From Candidatus Thorarchaeota archaeon (GTDB taxonomy: Archaea > Asgardarchaeota > Thorarchaeia > Thorarchaeales > Thorarchaeaceae): DNA of 20,976 nucleotides. Positions within the stretch are counted from its first letter, which is position 1. Each line of letters begins with the position of its first letter. Below the pieces are notes generated by a model that made no database searches, had not been told where the DNA came from, and was given only the letters and a program-made list of their open reading frames with translations. The DNA lies in NCBI GenBank assembly GCA_048882385.1, contig JBHLRQ010000053.1, positions 1 to 20,976 on the forward strand, read 5' to 3'. The translations under genes and the position numbers were made by a program. Below, piece by piece: positions 16,502-20,976 of the stretch.

Positions 16502-17800
16502 TCAATAGTTCCTCCACGCAGTTCTGAACTCAGAACCAGGGTATCCACATTTCCCATCGAGTATATCAAATATCTCCAGTAGTCGGTTGTATTTCTCCAC
16601 TCTATCACTTCGTGCGGGACCACCAGTCTTGAGTTGTCCTGTACCCAGTGCAACGCATAGGTCTGAAATGAATGTGTCTCCAGTTTCTCCACTCCTGTGA
16701 CTTACAACTACCCCCCAATCAGCCTCATTGGCGATTTTTGCAGCCTCAATAGCCTCAGTTACAGAGCCAATCTGGTTTACTTTGAGGAGCAATGCATTAC
16801 CAGCCTTTTCCTTGATGGCTCTTCTAACTATCTCGGGATTCGATACAGTAAGGTCATCAGTGACAACCTGAACCTTGGTCTTTTTCAGATACTCTGCAAA
16901 ATCATCGAAAGCCTCCTCCTCAAATGGATCTTCGACGGTCTGTAGTGGAAATGTCTTCTCTAAGTCGATATAGAATTCCAAAAGCTCAGAGGCATCAATC
17001 TTCTTTCCGTCAATTTCGTACTTTTCATCCTTGAAGAAGCCACTCGCTGCAGCATCTATTCCAAGAACGACATCTTTCTTTGGAGTGTATCCAGCTTCTT
17101 CAACTGCGCTCACAATTTCCTCAAAGGCATCAGAGGTGCCCTTAAGACCAAATCCACAGAAACCTCCCTCATCTCCAACATGCTTGGCCATTCTACCATG
17201 TCGTTTAATCATTCTCTTACCCAGATGATGATACACTTCGCTAATGCATCTCAAGCCTTCAGGATATGTTTTGGCACCAATCGGGAGAATCATGAACTCT
17301 TGGATTGCCAGTTCATTTCCAGCATGTGCACCACCATTGATGACATTGGACATCGGTACAGGAAGCTGATATTTTGCGTCTTTACCAATTACATTCTTTC
17401 TCAAGTACTCAAATAGTTCCATCTTTAGATGTGATGCGGCAGCAACAGCAGTTGCCATAGAAACTGAGAGAATGGCATTAGCCCCGAGTTTACCTTTTCC
17501 CTTAGTTGGGTCACTCTTAAGGAGTTTTTCATCAACAGCTTGAAGCGAAAGAGGGTCTACCGAATTCATTGCATCAGAAAGAACAGAGTTGACATTCTTG
17601 ACAGCCTGCGAGACTCCTTTTCCTAGGTAACGATTTCCTCCATCTCGTAGTTCAACAGCCTCATGTATACCAGTTGAGGCTCCGCTTGGAACTTTAGCCA
17701 CTCCTACTGTTCCATCTGAGAGTGTCACCTTAGTCATCAATGTTGGATTTCCACGAGAATCAAGTATCTCAAGAGCTCTGATCTTTGTAATCTTCAACAT
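16502..17800 (-). CDS. eno: Enolase (phosphopyruvate hydratase)
   Basis: EILDSRGNPT, VPSGASTG.HEAVELRD, LGANAIL, NGGAHA, QEFM, GDEGGF, EDP, DDL, LLKVNQIG, SHRSGET, RSDRVEKYNRLL. Confidence 0.98.
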   Translation of the reverse strand: MLKITKIRALEILDSRGNPTLMTKVTLSDGTVGVAKVPSGASTGIHEAVELRDGGNRYLGKGVSQAVKNVNSVLSDAMNSVDPLSLQAVDEKLLKSDPTKGKGKLGANAILSVSMATAVAAASHLKMELFEYLRKNVIGKDAKYQLPVPMSNVINGGAHAGNELAIQEFMILPIGAKTYPEGLRCISEVYHHLGKRMIKRHGRMAKHVGDEGGFCGFGLKGTSDAFEEIVSAVEEAGYTPKKDVVLGIDAAASGFFKDEKYEIDGKKIDASELLEFYIDLEKTFPLQTVEDPFEEEAFDDFAEYLKKTKVQVVTDDLTVSNPEIVRRAIKEKAGNALLLKVNQIGSVTEAIEAAKIANEADWGVVVSHRSGETGDTFISDLCVALGTGQLKTGGPARSDRVEKYNRLLEIFDILDGKCGYPGSEFRTAWRNY

Positions 17801-17803
17801 GTT

Positions 17804-17809
17804 TCACCT
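17804..17809 (-). promoter_or_regulatory. Shine-Dalgarno-like AGGTGA upstream of eno
   Basis: The minus strand reads AGGTGAAAC-ATG, complementary to the typical archaeal 16S 3' end. Confidence 0.55.
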
Positions 17810-17943
17810 AAATGATCGGTCTTAATTCTTTCAAGTTGAGTGGTAACTAGGATTTATGTCAATCCATCTGAACCTATCATATACCTTAGTCAGGGCAAGT
17901 TCTATTACGTTGCATGTAATTCTCTTGTTCGAGAGTGTAGTAA

Positions 17944-19371
17944 ATGGTCTTCCATGAAACCAAATCCAAGATAGTCTGTACCATTGGTCCTGCCTCAAAA
18001 TCCAAGGAAATACTTGAGAAGATGGTAGCTGCAGGAATGGATGTTGCAAGACTCAATATGTCTCATGAAGACCACAAGAGTGCAAGAAAGACATTAGAAA
18101 CACTTCGATCAGTCGATGATACTCTTCCAATTTTGTTTGACTTGCAGGGCCCTAAGATTAGGATAGGAGAATTATCAAACCCGGTGGACCTAGTTACTGG
18201 AAATGAGTTTGTACTCTCAACCGAAGAGTTCGTTGGGGATGAAAGTCGTGTTTCAGTTTCCCACGATATGTTACCACAAGATGTGAAGAAAGGTACGATC
18301 ATCACTCTCAATGATGGTATTGTCCGTCTGAAGGTCAAAAAGATCAAGGGAGCTGAGGTATTTACAGAAGTCACACATGGAGGTCCTATTTCAAGTAGGA
18401 AAGGATTGAACATTCCAGGTATCAGGATTTCGTGCGACGTACCAACAGAAGAAGATCTGAACGATCTAGACTTGGCAGCAGAACTAGAACCGGATTTGAT
18501 TGCACTCTCATTTGTCACCGAATCTGAAGACATCAAGAAACTGAGGAGTATAATTGAGTCCAATGGACCCAGTGATGCTTGGATAATCAGCAAGATAGAG
18601 CATACGTTGGCGATTAGGAATTTTGAGGAAATTCTCAGAGAATCCGATGGTGTAATGATTGCTCGTGGCGACTTGGGAATCGAAGTGCCATTGGAGGATG
18701 TTCCGATACTCCAGAAAGACCTCATTAGGAGAGCTAACATCTGGGCAAAGCCTGCAATCGTTGCAACACACATGCTTGAATCCATGACTGAAGAGATGAT
18801 ACCGACTCGTGCAGAAGTGAGCGATGTGGCTCACGCTGTCATGGAACGAGCAGATGGAGTAATGTTGAGCGGTGAAACTGCTGTGGGGCAGTATCCAGTC
18901 CTGGCAGTAGAGATGATGGAACGGATTGTAAGAAGGACTGAGAGTACGATCCCAAAAGAAGACCCATTGGATATTACATCGCCGAAAAGAATGATTGTTG
19001 AAATCATTGGAAATCTGGCATATAGTGCAGTTGTATTGATTCCTGACAAGGTAGATGGGATAATCAGTGCTACTCGAAGTGGCTATACTGCTAGGTGGAT
19101 TTCCAAGTTCAGGCCACCAACATACATTTTCGCAGTGACTCCAGATGAAAGGGTTGCAAGACGGCTGAGACTTCTATGGGGAGTGTGTCCAATAAGACAT
19201 GAGCAAGACCTAACGAGTGTTGATGACATGGTGAAGGAATCTACTAGGCTTGCGTATGAAAAGGGACTCATCAGTAAGGACAGGGACATAGTCTTTACAT
19301 CAGGAGTACACATGATTCCTGGTAGGACCAATGTTATAGGCGTATTTCACGTCAAAGATTTGGTTGAATAG
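17944..19371 (+). CDS. pyk: Pyruvate kinase
   Basis: KIVCTIGPAS, RLNMSH, DLQGPKIR, SRKGLNIPG, SKIE, DGVMIARGDLG, ATHMLESM...PTRAEVSDV, MLSGETA.G.YP. Confidence 0.98.
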   Translation: MVFHETKSKIVCTIGPASKSKEILEKMVAAGMDVARLNMSHEDHKSARKTLETLRSVDDTLPILFDLQGPKIRIGELSNPVDLVTGNEFVLSTEEFVGDESRVSVSHDMLPQDVKKGTIITLNDGIVRLKVKKIKGAEVFTEVTHGGPISSRKGLNIPGIRISCDVPTEEDLNDLDLAAELEPDLIALSFVTESEDIKKLRSIIESNGPSDAWIISKIEHTLAIRNFEEILRESDGVMIARGDLGIEVPLEDVPILQKDLIRRANIWAKPAIVATHMLESMTEEMIPTRAEVSDVAHAVMERADGVMLSGETAVGQYPVLAVEMMERIVRRTESTIPKEDPLDITSPKRMIVEIIGNLAYSAVVLIPDKVDGIISATRSGYTARWISKFRPPTYIFAVTPDERVARRLRLLWGVCPIRHEQDLTSVDDMVKESTRLAYEKGLISKDRDIVFTSGVHMIPGRTNVIGVFHVKDLVE

Positions 19372-20976
19372 TCATGACGAATTACCAAACTTTCGATTCA
19401 GTAGTATAACTGCTGATGTAGCTCCAATGCCTACTATGGCCAATGTCGCCATTGCTAAGATAATGCTGGATGCTTCTATTCTAAGCTCCACAATTACCAG
19501 AACCTGATCAATTGCGATGTTTGCAAATGCATCGTAAAATACAATGGTAATATTCCAAACTCCAATCGAAGCTGGAACGAATACAAAGCTGATGTCAGAG
19601 CCATACCACCAATTAGTTTCTACAAGAGTAGAGTTGACATAGATCTCGTAGTTCCAAGGAGTTGCATCAAAGGCAGACCAGTTTAGTATCGTGCTCACAT
19701 CACTCATGTACATCCATATGTCATCAGGGTGGTCTATCGCGGGGGGGTCGCTGTCACTTGGAGGTTCATTATAGTGGAGAGCTTCGATTGCGTCGAGTTC
19801 TACTATGTCACCCATGAACAACTCAATCCGTACATATCGGACATACTCAAGCCCTGTACCAGAGATATCGAAACTCTTTGTCCCCGAGAAAACACCTAAA
19901 GATTGAGCTGGGATAAAGAATGACTCACTCACTATAATCTCATATTCATCTCCCTGTGCGAATACTGTAAAATCTGCACCAGCTCCATCGATTATCTCTT
20001 CATTCTCGCCCATATCAAGTGTCAGATATCCGTTCTCGTAGTCAATGTATATTTCAGTGAATATTCCATCAGGTGCTCCGATTGAATTCTCGCCAAACAG
20101 ATACCACTTACACCGATTGGGTACAAGTGCATCTGCATATGGGTCGCCTTGATCAACCACAATTGTCACAAAAATCGTATCAACTGCAGATTGTCCATCA
20201 AGAAAGAGAACCAATGTGAGGTTATATTCTCCAGGTCTCCAACCTTCTGATCTCCAATCAGTAATTGGGACTTCGACAAATTCGCCTGCAATTTCACCTT
20301 GAGCAAATGTGTGACCATTCTTAAGAACTATCCAGTCAGTACCGCCAAAGACCTCCCAAGTGAATAATACATCAATCGAACCCCAGAGAAGTGTAGAATT
20401 TCCAGGAGAGGAGAGGATATGCGGACTTGTCGGAGGATGAACGGTTAGTGAAGTCTGACTATAGGTTACAAGTCCCTGTAGGTCTTCGACAACGAGCGTG
20501 ATATTGTAGACTCCAGCACGTAATAATGGCACATCCCAATCAATCCTATGAGTAGGGGGAGTCCACGTATCTTCAGCAGTGAGTGATTCATTAACATATA
20601 GACTCCAGGAGGTCCCACTCGCATCAAAGAGATTCCAAGATAGAGTCATTGCAGAACTCCAGTATGTTTCAAGAGTCAGTGGTTGCAGCGGTTCAATGAC
20701 CGGAGGTTCTTCAGGATAGACGTTGAGCCAGAAGGAGTCATCAAAGACATTCGTTGTGCCATTGTAGAGATGCATCTCAACAAAATGCGACCCAAGAGGA
20801 ATCAGTTCCGGATCAAGTATGATGTCAGTGCCATTCCAGTCAAATGACATGAAGATAGTCCCATTGAGTGATATATTGCAGGCAAGAGGGTCTAATGTGT
20901 CACCACTCCAAGTAGGCAGTTGATCATATTGACCCCTTTCAATTGTTGTGAGCCCACTTCGTTCTATGTGGAAATT
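19372..20976 (-). CDS. Membrane-anchored cell-surface protein with repeated Ig-like beta domains; N-terminus lies beyond the window
   Basis: The frame stays open upstream of the track start (20850) to the window end (NFHIERSGLTTIERGQYDQLPTWSGD...). Repeated units of about 85-90 aa (W...Y/W.(I/L)..N....W......G.(Y/W)N.T.V..D), many NxS/T sequons, and a C-terminal TM helix with a short basic tail. Confidence 0.8.
   Translation of the reverse strand, partial: NFHIERSGLTTIERGQYDQLPTWSGDTLDPLACNISLNGTIFMSFDWNGTDIILDPELIPLGSHFVEMHLYNGTTNVFDDSFWLNVYPEEPPVIEPLQPLTLETYWSSAMTLSWNLFDASGTSWSLYVNESLTAEDTWTPPTHRIDWDVPLLRAGVYNITLVVEDLQGLVTYSQTSLTVHPPTSPHILSSPGNSTLLWGSIDVLFTWEVFGGTDWIVLKNGHTFAQGEIAGEFVEVPITDWRSEGWRPGEYNLTLVLFLDGQSAVDTIFVTIVVDQGDPYADALVPNRCKWYLFGENSIGAPDGIFTEIYIDYENGYLTLDMGENEEIIDGAGADFTVFAQGDEYEIIVSESFFIPAQSLGVFSGTKSFDISGTGLEYVRYVRIELFMGDIVELDAIEALHYNEPPSDSDPPAIDHPDDIWMYMSDVSTILNWSAFDATPWNYEIYVNSTLVETNWWYGSDISFVFVPASIGVWNITIVFYDAFANIAIDQVLVIVELRIEASSIILAMATLAIVGIGATSAVILLNRKFGNSS

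Noticed and set aside
17801-17943. Thermococcales glycolytic motif (TATCAC-N5-GTGATA) between eno and pyk
   Set aside because: No match found by eye on either strand.
18063-18785. 240-aa antisense ORF inside pyk, and similar antisense ORFs in tupB, moaA, moaB, moeA, the dehydrogenase, apgM and eno
   Set aside because: Ser-rich shadow frames fully overlapping well-conserved genes, with no independent coding evidence.
1-20976. CRISPR array, tRNA/rRNA, IS element or defence system
   Set aside because: No spaced repeats, no intergenic gap above about 145 bp, and no transposase, integrase or defence-like gene set were seen.

Overview
Gene-dense archaeal housekeeping window. It is most likely from an Asgard archaeon (Thorarchaeota-like); this is an inference from the archaeal-type MoaA, ApgM and TupA and from the Ig-like repeat surface protein. 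From left to right: a partial FGGY sugar kinase missed by the ORF track, a small GIY-YIG nuclease, an NDP-sugar epimerase, a UPF0182-like membrane protein, a peptide deformylase-like gene and a Cys-rich 4Fe-4S protein. Then come a tungstate ABC transporter (tupABC) followed by moaA-moaE-moaC-moaB-moeA, an NDP-sugar dehydrogenase, a divergent lower-glycolysis cluster (apgM-eno <> pyk) and a partial membrane-anchored surface protein. The most notable unannotated signal is a 24-bp ModE-box-like palindrome that occurs upstream of both tupA (7349-7372) and moaA (10182-10205). The two copies sit on opposite sides of their putative TATA boxes, which suggests a tungstate/molybdate-responsive regulon whose regulator is not in the window. 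I saw no rRNA, tRNA, CRISPR array or transposase.
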